A stretch of DNA of 64,000 nucleotides from an uncultured Desulfospira sp. (GCA_963663165.1 OY760175.1:5152001-5216000), one strand, 5' to 3'. Counted from the first letter of the stretch, positions 27,670-38,134 are shown. Notes: a model not told the origin generated them from the letters alone. A program made the numbers and translations.

Positions 27670-27939
27670 GTGACCAGGAAACCGATAAAAAAGGCCGTGG
27701 CCTTAAGGTACGATAGAACAAAAGACCCGGCCCCGAGGGTAACCGCCAAAGGCAAGGGGCCGGTGGCACAAAAGATCATTGAGCTTGCCCAAAAACATGA
27801 TATTCCTATAAAAGATGACCCTGACCTTATCGAAGTCCTTTCCACTCTGGATATAGACCAGGAAATTCCCCCGGAACTTTATGTGGCTGTGGCCGAATTA
27901 TTGGCCTTTGTTTATTCCTTAAACAAGGAAAAAGGCTAA
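27670..27939 (+). CDS. Stand-alone FlhB C-terminal domain protein (EscU/YscU/HrcU family, FlhX-like)
   Basis: KAVALRYD...APRVTAKGKGPVAQKII...IPPELYVAVAELLAFVY, similar to the C-terminus of this window's FlhB. Confidence 0.92.
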   Translation: MTRKPIKKAVALRYDRTKDPAPRVTAKGKGPVAQKIIELAQKHDIPIKDDPDLIEVLSTLDIDQEIPPELYVAVAELLAFVYSLNKEKG

Positions 27940-28631
27940 ACTGCGAGGAAAGAAGTGATTTTCTTTTCATCAATTGAGCCGCGGACGTCTTCATGAATAA
28001 ATTTTCCGGATTCAATGACCAGCATCCTGTCTGCAATGGCCATGGTAAAACTGAGCACCTGCTCTGTCACGATGATGGTCAGGTTTTTCATTATCTTAAT
28101 TTCATTGAGCATTCTGGCCATATCTTTAATAATTGAGGGCTGGATGCCTTCGGTGGGTTCATCGAGAATAAGCACTTTGGGCTCAGCCACCAAAGCCCTT
28201 GCAATGGCCAGCTGCTGTTGCTGCCCGCCGGAAAGGTTGCCCCCTTTTCGTTTTCTCATGTCATACAAAACATGAAATAAATTGTATACTTCGCTGAGCA
28301 GTTCGAATTTATTGTTCAGCGTATGTTCCATTCCTGTCAGGATATTTTCCTCTACGGTAAGGGATGAAAATATTTGCCGGCCCTGGGGCACATAGGCCAA
28401 ACCATTTTTCACCCTCATGTTGGCCGGAATGTTGGTCAAGTCGGTGTCCCCTAGCATAATGGAGCCTGATTTTGCCGGGTTGATGCCGATCAGGCTTTTC
28501 ATCAAGGTTGTTTTGCCCATACCGTTCCGCCCCATGATGGCCAGGACTTCTCCTTGGACCGCCTCGAAACTGATTCCGTGTATGACTTCACTCTGCCCAT
28601 AGGCTATATATAGATCATTTACTTTTAACAT
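27936..28631 (-). CDS. urtE: Urea/short-amide ABC transporter ATP-binding subunit UrtE
   Basis: GRNGMGKT, YVPQGRQIF, LSGGQQQQLAIARAL and LDEPTEGIQPSII. Confidence 0.93.
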   Translation of the reverse strand: MLKVNDLYIAYGQSEVIHGISFEAVQGEVLAIMGRNGMGKTTLMKSLIGINPAKSGSIMLGDTDLTNIPANMRVKNGLAYVPQGRQIFSSLTVEENILTGMEHTLNNKFELLSEVYNLFHVLYDMRKRKGGNLSGGQQQQLAIARALVAEPKVLILDEPTEGIQPSIIKDMARMLNEIKIMKNLTIIVTEQVLSFTMAIADRMLVIESGKFIHEDVRGSIDEKKITSFLAV

Positions 28632-28688
28632 CGCACTCTTATCCTTCCATCGGTAAAGGTGAAAGTTTATTGAACATCATGTGGCACA

Positions 28689-29432
28689 TCAGTGTCCCAG
28701 ATATACTTCGATAACTTTTTCATTTTTTTCAATATGTTCCATGGAACCTTCCGCAAGGATTTTCCCCTGATGCATAACAGTGACCCTGTCGGCAATTTCT
28801 TTTACAAAATTCATGTCATGTTCGATTATGAGAACGGAATGTTCCTTGCGGATTTTTTTTAATAATTCGCCGGTTTTCTTTCTTTCTTCCACACTCATTC
28901 CGGCCACGGGCTCATCCAGAAGCAGCAGTTTGGGATCAGCAATCAGCAACATGCCGATTTCAAGCCATTGTTTCTGGCCATGGCTGAGCAGATCTCCGGG
29001 AGTGTACAGCTGGTCTTTGAGAAAGATCAGCTCCGCCACTTCATGAATTCGATCAACAACCTCTTTGTCCTGTTTGAAGGTCAATGCCCCCCACACGCTT
29101 CTGCCCCGGGGATAGGAGACCTCAAGGTTTTCAAAAACGGTGAGTGCCGGATAGATGGAAGGGGTCTGAAATTTTCGCCCTACACCCGCCTGAACAATTT
29201 TTTGTTCCGGCAGCTTGCTGATTTCCTGGTCTAAAAAATTGATGGATCCTGCTGTTGACCGGGTTTTTCCGCAAATTAAATCCAGCAGCGTGGTTTTACC
29301 GGCACCGTTAGGGCCTATCACTACATGCAGTGCGCCCTGTTCCACATATAGTGAAACATCATCCACTGCTTTAAACCCATCAAACGAGACAGTCAGTCCT
29401 TCAATTGAAAGTACAAAATTGTTAAAAGCCAT
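28689..29432 (-). CDS. urtD: Urea/short-amide ABC transporter ATP-binding subunit UrtD
   Basis: VSFDGFKA, GPNGAGKT, GRKFQTPS and LSHGQKQWLEIGM. Confidence 0.93.
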   Translation of the reverse strand: MAFNNFVLSIEGLTVSFDGFKAVDDVSLYVEQGALHVVIGPNGAGKTTLLDLICGKTRSTAGSINFLDQEISKLPEQKIVQAGVGRKFQTPSIYPALTVFENLEVSYPRGRSVWGALTFKQDKEVVDRIHEVAELIFLKDQLYTPGDLLSHGQKQWLEIGMLLIADPKLLLLDEPVAGMSVEERKKTGELLKKIRKEHSVLIIEHDMNFVKEIADRVTVMHQGKILAEGSMEHIEKNEKVIEVYLGH

Positions 29433-29447
29433 TTTCTTTAGCCCTTT

Positions 29448-29541
29448 ATAGGAAAGTCTTGCTTACAGTTTATAAAGACTTTCATTTTTCGTTGTAGCCC
29501 ACTGCTTGGTCGGGGAACCCAAGCCGGTCCGTTGCCGTTAT
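29448..29541 (-). repeat. Dispersed two-hairpin element, copy E
   Basis: Reverse complement ATAACGGCAACGGACCGGCTTGGGTTCCCCGACCAAGCAGTGGGCTACAACGAAAAATGAAAGTCTT-loop-AAGACTTTCCTAT. Confidence 0.8.
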
Positions 29542-29570
29542 ATGGTAATGTTTTTACCGGTAGCCGGCAT

Positions 29571-30740
29571 TTAAGAATTCACTGATTCAGCCGGTGAAGA
29601 CATATCCTGACTTTTTTTTCCTGAAAAAAACTTTTTGATAAAAGCGGAGAAATGCGGCCCGTAATCCTCAATAATGCCGGCAACGCCATTGGGAAATGCC
29701 ATGGTCGTGAGAATAAAGGTGGCACCCATCAGGAACATCCACAATTCAGGGAATAACTCTGAAAAATAGGTCCTGCCAAAACAAACGATCAATGTTCCGT
29801 ATACGGCCCCGACCAGAGACAGACGTCCGCCAAGCGCACAGAATATAACCATATAGATGGATGGCTCAATGGTGACCAGTTTCGGCGACATAAAGCCCAC
29901 GTTAAAAACAAATAACGCGCCGCCGATAGCTGATATGACGGCTGAAAGAGTAAAAATAAATATCTGGAAATTGGATACGTCATACCCTGAAAACCTTACC
30001 CGGTATTCCATATCCCGCGCAGCAATCAGCAGCCTGCCAAGTTTGGAGCGCAAAATAAATTTTCCGACTATTATGACCGCCAGCAAAAGAATAACGGTTA
30101 AAAAATATAGGATATATTGTGCGGATACCGTTCTTATATCCCACCCCAGGCAGGTCCGCAAATCGGTAATTCCGTTAATCCCGCCAGTCCAGCCCTGCCG
30201 GGTGACAAACAAAATTTCCATAATCCAGCATAAGGCCTGGGTAATAATTGCAAAATATACGCCACTGACCCGCCGTTTGAATATGGCCACGCCTACTATG
30301 AGTGAAACCACACCTGGCAGAACGGCGACAAAGATAAGGGTTAAGGGAAAGCTTTTAAACGGGTACCAGATTAAGGGCAGTTCGGTAATCTGGTTCCAGT
30401 CCATGAAATCCGGCAGGCCGACGGTGGAAAGGGCCTTGATCTGATCCGTCCCGGCCTCTTTGGCGATATTGGCCGCCGCTTCCAGTTTGAGAAAAGCCGC
30501 CATGGCATAGCCGCCCAGGCCCCAGAAGACGCCTTGACCCAGGCTGAGAATTCCGCCGTATCCCCAGCATAGAACCAGCCCGACTGCGGCAAAAGCCAGG
30601 CTCAGATATTTACCGATCAGGTTAAGCCTGAAAATATCAAAGACCAGGGGAAATACGATAAACAAAATGAGTGCCAGAATCAGAAATGATATGCTCTGGC
30701 TTTTGTCTCCGGTTATTTTATTATCTAATAAATTCTTCAC
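29571..30740 (-). CDS. urtC: Urea/short-amide ABC transporter permease UrtC
   Basis: WGYGGILSLGQG, LPDFMDWN, GVYFAIITQA and RVRFSGY. Confidence 0.92.
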   Translation of the reverse strand: MKNLLDNKITGDKSQSISFLILALILFIVFPLVFDIFRLNLIGKYLSLAFAAVGLVLCWGYGGILSLGQGVFWGLGGYAMAAFLKLEAAANIAKEAGTDQIKALSTVGLPDFMDWNQITELPLIWYPFKSFPLTLIFVAVLPGVVSLIVGVAIFKRRVSGVYFAIITQALCWIMEILFVTRQGWTGGINGITDLRTCLGWDIRTVSAQYILYFLTVILLLAVIIVGKFILRSKLGRLLIAARDMEYRVRFSGYDVSNFQIFIFTLSAVISAIGGALFVFNVGFMSPKLVTIEPSIYMVIFCALGGRLSLVGAVYGTLIVCFGRTYFSELFPELWMFLMGATFILTTMAFPNGVAGIIEDYGPHFSAFIKKFFSGKKSQDMSSPAESVNS

Positions 30741-30801
30741 GATACGTTTCCTTCTGAATGTTGCCGATAAAAATGATGTATTGCCTTTAACTGCTGATGG
30801 G

Positions 30802-31743
30802 TTATTGACGGATTTTGCTTGAGACCAGCCCCTGGGGACGGATCATGATGATTCCGATAACAATTAAAAGAACAAATACTTTAGCCAAAACTCCGGTGAG
30901 GAAAAATTCAAGAATTGATTGTGCCTGGGCAATGCCGAATGCGGATAAGATGGTGCCGATAATGCTTCCCGCACCGCCAAAGACAACCACGATAAACGTG
31001 TCCACAATGTACAAAGAGCCTGCCGAAGGAGAGACGGATCCAATGGTTGTGAATGCGGCGCCGGCAATCCCTGCCAGGCCGCAGCCCAGTGCAAAGGTGC
31101 CCCGGTCTACGGTTTTGCTGTTAATGCCCACAGCATTGGCCATTTCCCGATTCTGTACGGTGGCGCGGATCCGAAGGCCCCAGCGGGACCGATACATCAG
31201 GACAACCACGATAATGGTCATGATTATCGACATGGCAAAAAGAAAGAGCCCGTTAATAGGAATATCGATGGCATCTGTCGGGGACCAGGATCCCATGAGC
31301 CAGTCCGGCATGGTGGCACTGTCTTCACGGGCGCCGAAAATAAGCCTGACAGCCTGCTGAATTCCCATACTGATTCCCCAGGTGGCAAGCAATGTATCAA
31401 GGGGCCTGTGATAAAGATGGGAAACAACCAGGCGCTCCATGATGTAGCCCAGAATAAAAGAGACCAGAAAGGCCATCAGTATGGCTAAAAAGAAGTAATA
31501 CGGTAACATTGACGGCATGTATTTGGTGACCAGATCTGAGAGCATAACCGTCGTATAAGCCCCGGCTGTCAAGAATTCACCATGTGCCATGTTGATGACC
31601 TTCATTTGCCCGAAGATAATGGCAAGCCCGAGCGCCATCAGCAGGAAGACGGAGAATAAACTGATTCCGGAGAACCCTTGCATGATGAAAATACTGGTAA
31701 GTTCATCCGCGCTGTAATCTTTGAATATATCAAGAAAGAGCAA
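30802..31743 (-). CDS. urtB: Urea/short-amide ABC transporter permease UrtB
   Basis: ALGLAIIFGQMKVINMAHGE and RPLDTLLATWG. Confidence 0.92.
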   Translation of the reverse strand: MLFLDIFKDYSADELTSIFIMQGFSGISLFSVFLLMALGLAIIFGQMKVINMAHGEFLTAGAYTTVMLSDLVTKYMPSMLPYYFFLAILMAFLVSFILGYIMERLVVSHLYHRPLDTLLATWGISMGIQQAVRLIFGAREDSATMPDWLMGSWSPTDAIDIPINGLFLFAMSIIMTIIVVVLMYRSRWGLRIRATVQNREMANAVGINSKTVDRGTFALGCGLAGIAGAAFTTIGSVSPSAGSLYIVDTFIVVVFGGAGSIIGTILSAFGIAQAQSILEFFLTGVLAKVFVLLIVIGIIMIRPQGLVSSKIRQ

Positions 31744-32067
31744 TGGTATTCCTCCTGTGTAAGGCTGTTGACGTCTGTTTTAACAGCCTTGGTTGATTTG
31801 AGACAAAAATCTCCCCTTTTTAATATCTTGAACGTTTTTTTTCGGGGAGCACTCAGACTAAGAATTCACGAAAAGCCAAACCGCTTATTAATTGGTTAAG
31901 TCGCAACTCTCATCATAACTGCCAAGAAGGTTGATTCTCAGTTGTTTTTTGTGGGGTGCCCCTTTCAAAACGGGATTCGATGATCTGATTTATCAAGGGG
32001 CACTCGTTGAAGTTAATTTAAAAATAGGGTGTTCATCATATGGTTTTAAGAATATGATCGCCTTATT

Positions 32068-33345
32068 CTATTTGTAGCCCTCAGGGAACGGATCCGGCTC
32101 AATCAGGTCGTCAGACTCGGCAATAACTTCAAACTGTCCGTTTGAGAGCATTTTTCCGATTTTTGCACGGGACCACAGATGATGGTTTTTGTGAATCCGA
32201 ACATACCCTTCCGGTGCATTGGGGAATTCAATCCCTTCAGAGGCTACAGCGATTTTGTCAACATCAAAGCTGCCGGCTTTTTCAACTGTGTATTTCCAGA
32301 GCCACGGGCCAAGATAGGCTGCCTGGGTTACGTCGCCGATGACAGAGTCATCACCCCACATGGCTTTGAAGTCAGCAACAAACTTCAGGTTGTTTTCATT
32401 GGTAAGACTCTGGAAATATTTTGCACAGGTGTAGAATCCAGCCACGTTCTGTCCGCCGATGCCGAGAATTTCGTCTTCAGTGGTTGAAATGGTCAGCAGA
32501 AGTTTATTTTTCTTGGCCAGTGATTCACCGGTAATGCCGGCTGCGTTAAGCTGTTTGTACCAGGATACGTTGGAACCGCCAACAACGATAGAGTAGATAC
32601 AGTCAGGCTTTTTGAGCTTTACTTTGTTGATCAGCGAGTTGAAGTTGGTGTGTCCGAGAGGATAATATTCTTCGCCTACAACCTTGCAGTCTTTCAGGTG
32701 CTTTTCAATATGGATCCGGGCAATTTTGTTACTCGTCCGGGGCCAGATATAATCGGAGCCAATCAGGAAGAATGTACGGCAGCCCTGTTTGTATGCCCAG
32801 TCCAGGCCCCAGATAATCTGCTGAGTTGCTTCCTGGCCGGTATAGATAACGTTTTTGGATGCCTCTAAGCCTTCATAAAATGTCGGATAGTAAAGCATGC
32901 CGTTCTCTTTTTCAAATACGGGGAGAACCGCTTTACGGGAGGCGGAGGTCCAGCAGCCGAATACAGAGGCGACTTTATCATTCACCAGAAGCTTTTTGGC
33001 TTTTTCTGCAAAGGTCGGCCAGTCACTGGCACCGTCTTCCTGGATAATTTTAATTTTTCTTCCTAAAATACCGCCCATCTCATTGATCTGCTTAATGGCG
33101 AGACGTTCGGCTTCTACGGACCCGGTTTCTGAAATGGCCATGGTTCCGGTTACGGAGTGGAGCTGGCCTACGGTGACATAATCGTCTCCAACGGCAATGC
33201 CGGATGTATTAACAGCTGAAGTCGGGTATTTATCAAGTACGGGATTTTTCCAGTCATCTGCAAATGCTGAAGATCCCATTGCTACAATGCAGGCAGTCAG
33301 TGTGAGTATCATTTTTGCTGCTTTGTTAAAGACGCACTTATTCAT
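32068..33345 (-). CDS. urtA: Urea/short-amide ABC transporter substrate-binding protein (UrtA/FmdD family)
   Basis: Signal peptide; LHSVTGTMAISE, EDGASDWPTFAEKA, GCWTSASRKAVLPVFE, YEGLE and GSDYIWPR. Confidence 0.93.
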   Translation of the reverse strand: MNKCVFNKAAKMILTLTACIVAMGSSAFADDWKNPVLDKYPTSAVNTSGIAVGDDYVTVGQLHSVTGTMAISETGSVEAERLAIKQINEMGGILGRKIKIIQEDGASDWPTFAEKAKKLLVNDKVASVFGCWTSASRKAVLPVFEKENGMLYYPTFYEGLEASKNVIYTGQEATQQIIWGLDWAYKQGCRTFFLIGSDYIWPRTSNKIARIHIEKHLKDCKVVGEEYYPLGHTNFNSLINKVKLKKPDCIYSIVVGGSNVSWYKQLNAAGITGESLAKKNKLLLTISTTEDEILGIGGQNVAGFYTCAKYFQSLTNENNLKFVADFKAMWGDDSVIGDVTQAAYLGPWLWKYTVEKAGSFDVDKIAVASEGIEFPNAPEGYVRIHKNHHLWSRAKIGKMLSNGQFEVIAESDDLIEPDPFPEGYK

Positions 33346-33476
33346 GTGAAAATCCTTTTCAAAAAATTTCCTGTAAGCAGGGATAAGATGGTCCTTTCTA
33401 AATAAAGGTGGGGTATCAAATCCCTGCTTTGGGATTATATCAATTATTATGGTAAAATGTTGATTTTATTGAAGAA

Positions 33477-34484
33477 CTATTTGGGCATGGGTCCTAATTT
33501 GACGCCGTCGGGATAATATTTCCAGCCATCGCGTACTTTGATTTTGTCATCCCAGGGCAGCTTGTATTCGCCATTGGCAAGGTCCTTAACCCAAGTCAGA
33601 TAGTTCTCTTTTTCACCACCGGGTTTGCCTACATAGGCCCTGCAACCCAGGTTGAAAATGTTATTTTCAAGGGCCCAGTTTTCACGGGCTTTGTCTACAA
33701 GGCGGGGGAAAAGTTCTGCGGTAACAATTTCCCACGGATTCCGGTGACCCTGCTGGAGAACATTGCCGTCATAGTTGCAGACAGTTCCTTCACCAAAGTA
33801 GTAAAATACGCCATCATAGCCGGCAAGGTTAACCGCGATGGTATACATAAGGTTTTGCCAGGCATTGGTCCGGTTGGTCCAGATCCACTGGTCATTCACC
33901 TGGGTAGAGTAACCGGAAATACGGATGTAAACATTACATCCTTTGTAAGCGGCTTCTCTGGCCAGTTCCGGGAACATGCCGTCATGGCAGATACAAACGG
34001 CCAGTTTTGAGCCTTTGGGGCCATCGCAAACAGGCATGCCGTAGTTGCCGGGAGACCACGGTTCAATGGGAACCCAGGGTTGGAGTTTTCTGTAATGCAG
34101 TGCGATTTCACCGTCACTATTAATAATGATAGCGGTGTTGTAAGGCGGAAGAGTGGGGTCTTCATTTTTTTCCATTAAGGAAAATACACCCCATACCTTA
34201 TTGCGTACACAGGCCTCTTTGAATTTGGAAATTTCAGGGCTGTCGATGGTCAGCAGCATTTCGTCATAGGTCCAGATGGCGGTATTAAGGCCCTGGGTAG
34301 AATATTCCGGCATGACAATCAGGTCCAGATCCGGGTAGCCTGCTTTAGTGGAATCAATCGCTTTGCAGATTTGGCTAACCTGGGTCTGAATATCTTCAGG
34401 ACCTTTGATGACCGGAACCGGATACTGAATCATTGCAACCAATAGAGCTTCTTCCCAAGCGCTAACACTTCCTGTACTTCCCAT
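33477..34484 (-). CDS. amiF: Formamidase (nitrilase superfamily, AmiF type)
   Basis: MGSTGS start; PEYSTQGLN (Glu), YRKLQPW (Lys), CICHDG (Cys) and [13 protein letters not shown], closely matching Helicobacter AmiF as I recall it. Confidence 0.9.
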   Translation of the reverse strand: MGSTGSVSAWEEALLVAMIQYPVPVIKGPEDIQTQVSQICKAIDSTKAGYPDLDLIVMPEYSTQGLNTAIWTYDEMLLTIDSPEISKFKEACVRNKVWGVFSLMEKNEDPTLPPYNTAIIINSDGEIALHYRKLQPWVPIEPWSPGNYGMPVCDGPKGSKLAVCICHDGMFPELAREAAYKGCNVYIRISGYSTQVNDQWIWTNRTNAWQNLMYTIAVNLAGYDGVFYYFGEGTVCNYDGNVLQQGHRNPWEIVTAELFPRLVDKARENWALENNIFNLGCRAYVGKPGGEKENYLTWVKDLANGEYKLPWDDKIKVRDGWKYYPDGVKLGPMPK

Positions 34485-34653
34485 AGTTTTTCTCCTTGCC
34501 ATATCTTGGCGTTTTAAATGTAAATATTGTTGTCAATGCTTTATAAAAGCAGGCCAACATAAACCTCTAAGTAAATGACCCGGTTGCAAGAAAAGGGGTT
34601 TGTTCTCTTTGTATAAACCGCCAATCTTGCTGATCGAGTCACCATCTTACAAA

Positions 34654-34669
34654 AGCAAATGACGTACCA
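34654..34669 (-). promoter_or_regulatory. Sigma-54 promoter of the amiF-urtABCDE operon
   Basis: Minus strand TGGTACGTCATTTGCT (GG-N10-GC), ~170 bp upstream of amiF, with an AT-rich region upstream. Confidence 0.75.
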
Positions 34670-35279
34670 ACTGAAAAATACAAATTGTAACCACCTAATA
34701 TATTAGCATTATTTTTTTATTGTAGTTGCTTTCTGCGGGGTTGCTTTGGGGATGTTGGCTTTGTTTGCGTGCAATAATATGCAGTAAAATGAATTTATAA
34801 ACAATATTGTTGTTTTATATATTACTATTTTGTAATTTAGATTTAATTTTTTTTAACGCGGCTGCAAATCTTAGTTCTTTTCATTGGTGCCGCAATAATT
34901 GGTTAGGAAAAAATAATAAGTATATTAAAAGGTTATTTTGTCATTTCAAAATAATATAAAAACAGATTTAATTGGGTTGACAAAACCGTTTATAACAAAA
35001 ATGAAATCGGCCCATCTGGTAGCAATCCCAACCGGCCCTCAAATGCCATATCAGGAATCCGGAAATACCTTAATTGATTTTTGGAAATCCAGGGCACTTG
35101 GTTTTAAGGGCTCTGTCATTCCTGTCTGTGAAGGACTAATGGAAGGAAAGAACAGTTTTGAAATAAAAGTGGCGGGATATTGTGCGGCGTTTCACACGGT
35201 GTCGCTGTTGGCCTTATGCCCGGATCCTTAAAATTTGAGGCAGAGACAGGCAAGGGATTTAAAAATAAAAGCGTTAAAA

Positions 35280-35355
35280 TGGAGCCGGCGAACGGACTCG
35301 AACCGTTGACTTGCTCATTACGAGTGAGCTACTCTACCACCTGAGTTACGCCGGC
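35280..35355 (-). tRNA. tRNA-Thr(CGT)
   Basis: Reverse complement GCCGGCGTAACTCAGGTGGTAGAGTAGCTCACTCGTAATGAGCAAGTCAACGGTTCGAGTCCGTTCGCCGGCTCCA. Confidence 0.96.
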
Positions 35356-35698
35356 TTTCGATCGCAAACACTATATATCAGGGCTTCATATGATTTTCAA
35401 TCAAAAAAAGATATCCCGCAAAATAGCGAAAAACAGCCCTTTTTTCCCGTTTCTACGGGAAAAATGCAGGAAAAAAGAGGCGGTTAACAAAGCCAGGCCA
35501 TTTGGGCTTTCAATCAGAAGTTACGGCAGGGCCGACCCCTTCAAATTTAAAACGTCCTGGCCGGATTTTTCTCTTTTCCCCTGTTATATAAGGCAGATCA
35601 TTGATTTTTATGCCAAAGCCCTGTAAGAAATTGACATTAACTGTTTGAGACCTGCGGCTGGCTGTTGCGGCCTCTAATAAAATACGGGTGGAGATTAT

Positions 35699-36394
35699 AT
35701 GCGTCTGGAGTGCCAGGGTCTGGATTTTACTTATCCCGGATCTGATACCGCTGTCCTGGAAAATTTAAGTTTCGTGATGGAAGAACCCGGATTCAATGCG
35801 GTATTCGGCCCTTCAGGGGTGGGCAAAACATCCTTTGCCAAACTTTTGGCAGAAAAGGCAACAGATCCGCATCCCCCTGGTTTAGTGGCCCGGGGCATTC
35901 GAACCATCCTGTATTCCTACAATCTTGAGCGCCTGCCCGGCTGGTCCAGTGCCGGCTCTCATCTGGAAAAAATCTGCCCGGCCGGCAGGGAAGAGTTAAA
36001 AGCTGAGCTGATCCGGATTTTTATGCTGGAACCGGTCCTGGGAGCCCGGTTTTCAAAATTATCCATGGGCCAGCAGAACCGCATGAACCTGATCCGGTAT
36101 CTGTTGCAGGACTTTGACCTGCTGATTCTGGATGAAAGCCTGGCCAACGTGGATGAAAAGCTTCGCGAGGAGATTGTTCTGGCGGTTAAGGCGTTGTTTC
36201 CCGATAAAATGTTTCTTTATATTTCCCACAATTTGATGGAGGTGGCCAAATTCTGCCGGGATATTTTGATTTTAGGGGAGTCTTCAGGGAAAAAGAGCAG
36301 CCGGATGGTAAAGGGGCTGGATTATCAACTGGGGTATCAGCCGGATAAACCGGCCCTGGACAAAGCCATGCTGGAGATCATGAATGCTTTTTAG
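35699..36394 (+). CDS. ABC transporter ATP-binding protein (NitT/TauT-like)
   Basis: GPSGVGKT, LSMGQQNR, LLILDE and ISHN. Confidence 0.85.
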   Translation: MRLECQGLDFTYPGSDTAVLENLSFVMEEPGFNAVFGPSGVGKTSFAKLLAEKATDPHPPGLVARGIRTILYSYNLERLPGWSSAGSHLEKICPAGREELKAELIRIFMLEPVLGARFSKLSMGQQNRMNLIRYLLQDFDLLILDESLANVDEKLREEIVLAVKALFPDKMFLYISHNLMEVAKFCRDILILGESSGKKSSRMVKGLDYQLGYQPDKPALDKAMLEIMNAF

Positions 36395-37148
36395 GCGGAT
36401 GGTTCAGTTCTTAATGGTTTTCTGTGTGGGGCTTGCCTGCCTGTTGCTGCTAAAACACCTTTTAACCCTGTCGGATTATGTTATTCCCGGCATTCCTTTG
36501 ATTATGGAAACCGCTGCCCGGGTATGGAAAGATTATTTTTTTGATGTACTGGATACGTTGTCAGTGACGGTGCTGGGGCAGGGGATTTCCATTATGATGG
36601 CCTTTACCGTGGGGGTTCTGGGCCGGAAATCTTCCTTTGCCGGCTCCATGATAAGGGTAACGGCCTATAATATCCAGGCGTATCCCATTGTGGCCCTGGC
36701 CCCGATTATTTTTATCCTTTTAGGGGACGGTTTTTTGTCCCGGCTGATCATTGCCTCCATGATCTGCTATTTTCCCCTGCTCTTATCCGTGCTCGGGATT
36801 ATGTCGGCCCCGGTTGACGATATTGAACATTTTTATAAGGCCACGGGCCGGATGCGCTGGCAGCTGGAGGTAAAAATTCGCGCCTTTGAAAATTTGAGCA
36901 AGCTGACCACAGTGATCTCCGGTTCTACCACCCTGGCCATGGCCGGGACCATCGTGGCTGAGTTTATTGCAGCCAACGCCGGTATCGGTTATAGTATCCG
37001 TATTGCCCTTTACCAGAGTGACCTTGCCGGGGTTCTGGCGGCGTTGTTTGTGATCGGAATCGTGGTGTCCGTATACCAGGGGGTTCTGGAGGGCGTTGGC
37101 GAGCAGATAAAAACAAGATGGGCTGGTTTAAAGGAAGAAAGCTTATGA
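36384..37148 (+). CDS. ABC transporter permease (NitT/TauT-like)
   Basis: Multiple TMs; YPIVALAPI and IVAEFIAANAGIGY. Confidence 0.85.
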   Translation: MLFRRMVQFLMVFCVGLACLLLLKHLLTLSDYVIPGIPLIMETAARVWKDYFFDVLDTLSVTVLGQGISIMMAFTVGVLGRKSSFAGSMIRVTAYNIQAYPIVALAPIIFILLGDGFLSRLIIASMICYFPLLLSVLGIMSAPVDDIEHFYKATGRMRWQLEVKIRAFENLSKLTTVISGSTTLAMAGTIVAEFIAANAGIGYSIRIALYQSDLAGVLAALFVIGIVVSVYQGVLEGVGEQIKTRWAGLKEESL

Positions 37149-38134
37149 TTAGATTTTCGAAGATGTTCATTCCTTTTATTCTGTTTTTAATGGCAGTCCC
37201 CGGCGGGGGCAGCGCCTCAGATATTCACTTAAACTACAGGCTTAAATGGGTGTTCAACGCCAGTGTGGCCGGCGACATCATGGCCGGTGCCCAGGGGTAT
37301 TTCAGGCAGGCCGGGCTTGATGTCAAGGTCAAGGAGGGCAGTCCTGAAAAAAACGCCATCAAGGAACTGGAGCTTGGGTATACCGACTTTGGGGTAGCCT
37401 CGGCCGATCAGGTCATCCGGGCCCTGGACAAGGGGGCCCATGTCATGGTCCTGGCCCAGATTTTTCAGGTCAATCCCATGCAGTGGATCTACCGGTCGGA
37501 CCGGCCTGAGATTAAGACCCTCATGGATTTAAAGGGGCGGCATATTGGAATCACCTATGGGGGAAATGATGAGTTCATCATGAAGGCGGTGCTGGCCCGG
37601 GCAGGCCTTCATATAAATGATGTCATCCTGTCCGGGGTCCGGTTTGATTTTACCCCGTTCTTGAAAAAAAAGGTTGAAATCTGGCCGGTCTATAGAAATT
37701 CCCAAGGGGTGGTACTGGCGGATAAATTGGCCCGGGAGGGGGAAACGGTCCGTTTTTTTAACCCGGCCCAGTTCGGCATCAGTTTTGTGGCCAACTCTGT
37801 GGTGACCTCCCAAAAGATGGTTGAAGAGCGCCCATTGGTTGTCTCAGCCTTTATGACGGCCCTGTTAAAGGCATGGGAAGCCGCCATGGCACCTGAAAAT
37901 GAACATTTAGTCGTGAATGAAATTTTAAAAACAGATCATATCAATACCGAAGAGACCATCAGAAAACAGATCGCCGCCACCCGGGACCTGGTCCGGCCCG
38001 GCCCCCAAACGCCCATGGGAAGAATTGATGTCCGGGCCTGGCAGCAGACCGAAGACATCATGCTCAAGGAAAAATTGATCAAACAGCCGGTACACATTGA
38101 AACAAAACTGGCAGGAAAAAGTTTATCCTATTGA
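37145..38134 (+). CDS. ABC substrate-binding protein, NMT1/THI5-like family
   Basis: Signal peptide; RLKWVFNA, AQGYFRQAGLDV, LAQIFQVNP and DLKGRHIG; substrate unknown. Confidence 0.75.
   Translation: MIRFSKMFIPFILFLMAVPGGGSASDIHLNYRLKWVFNASVAGDIMAGAQGYFRQAGLDVKVKEGSPEKNAIKELELGYTDFGVASADQVIRALDKGAHVMVLAQIFQVNPMQWIYRSDRPEIKTLMDLKGRHIGITYGGNDEFIMKAVLARAGLHINDVILSGVRFDFTPFLKKKVEIWPVYRNSQGVVLADKLAREGETVRFFNPAQFGISFVANSVVTSQKMVEERPLVVSAFMTALLKAWEAAMAPENEHLVVNEILKTDHINTEETIRKQIAATRDLVRPGPQTPMGRIDVRAWQQTEDIMLKEKLIKQPVHIETKLAGKSLSY

Noticed and set aside
34938..35231. 97-aa ORF between amiF and tRNA-Thr
   Set aside because: No clear RBS or motif and an AT-rich intergenic context; cannot be supported as a gene
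35360..35698. TPP riboswitch upstream of the NMT1/THI5-like ABC operon
   Set aside because: No GCTGAGA/CCCTT-type core seen, so thiamine-precursor specificity is not supported
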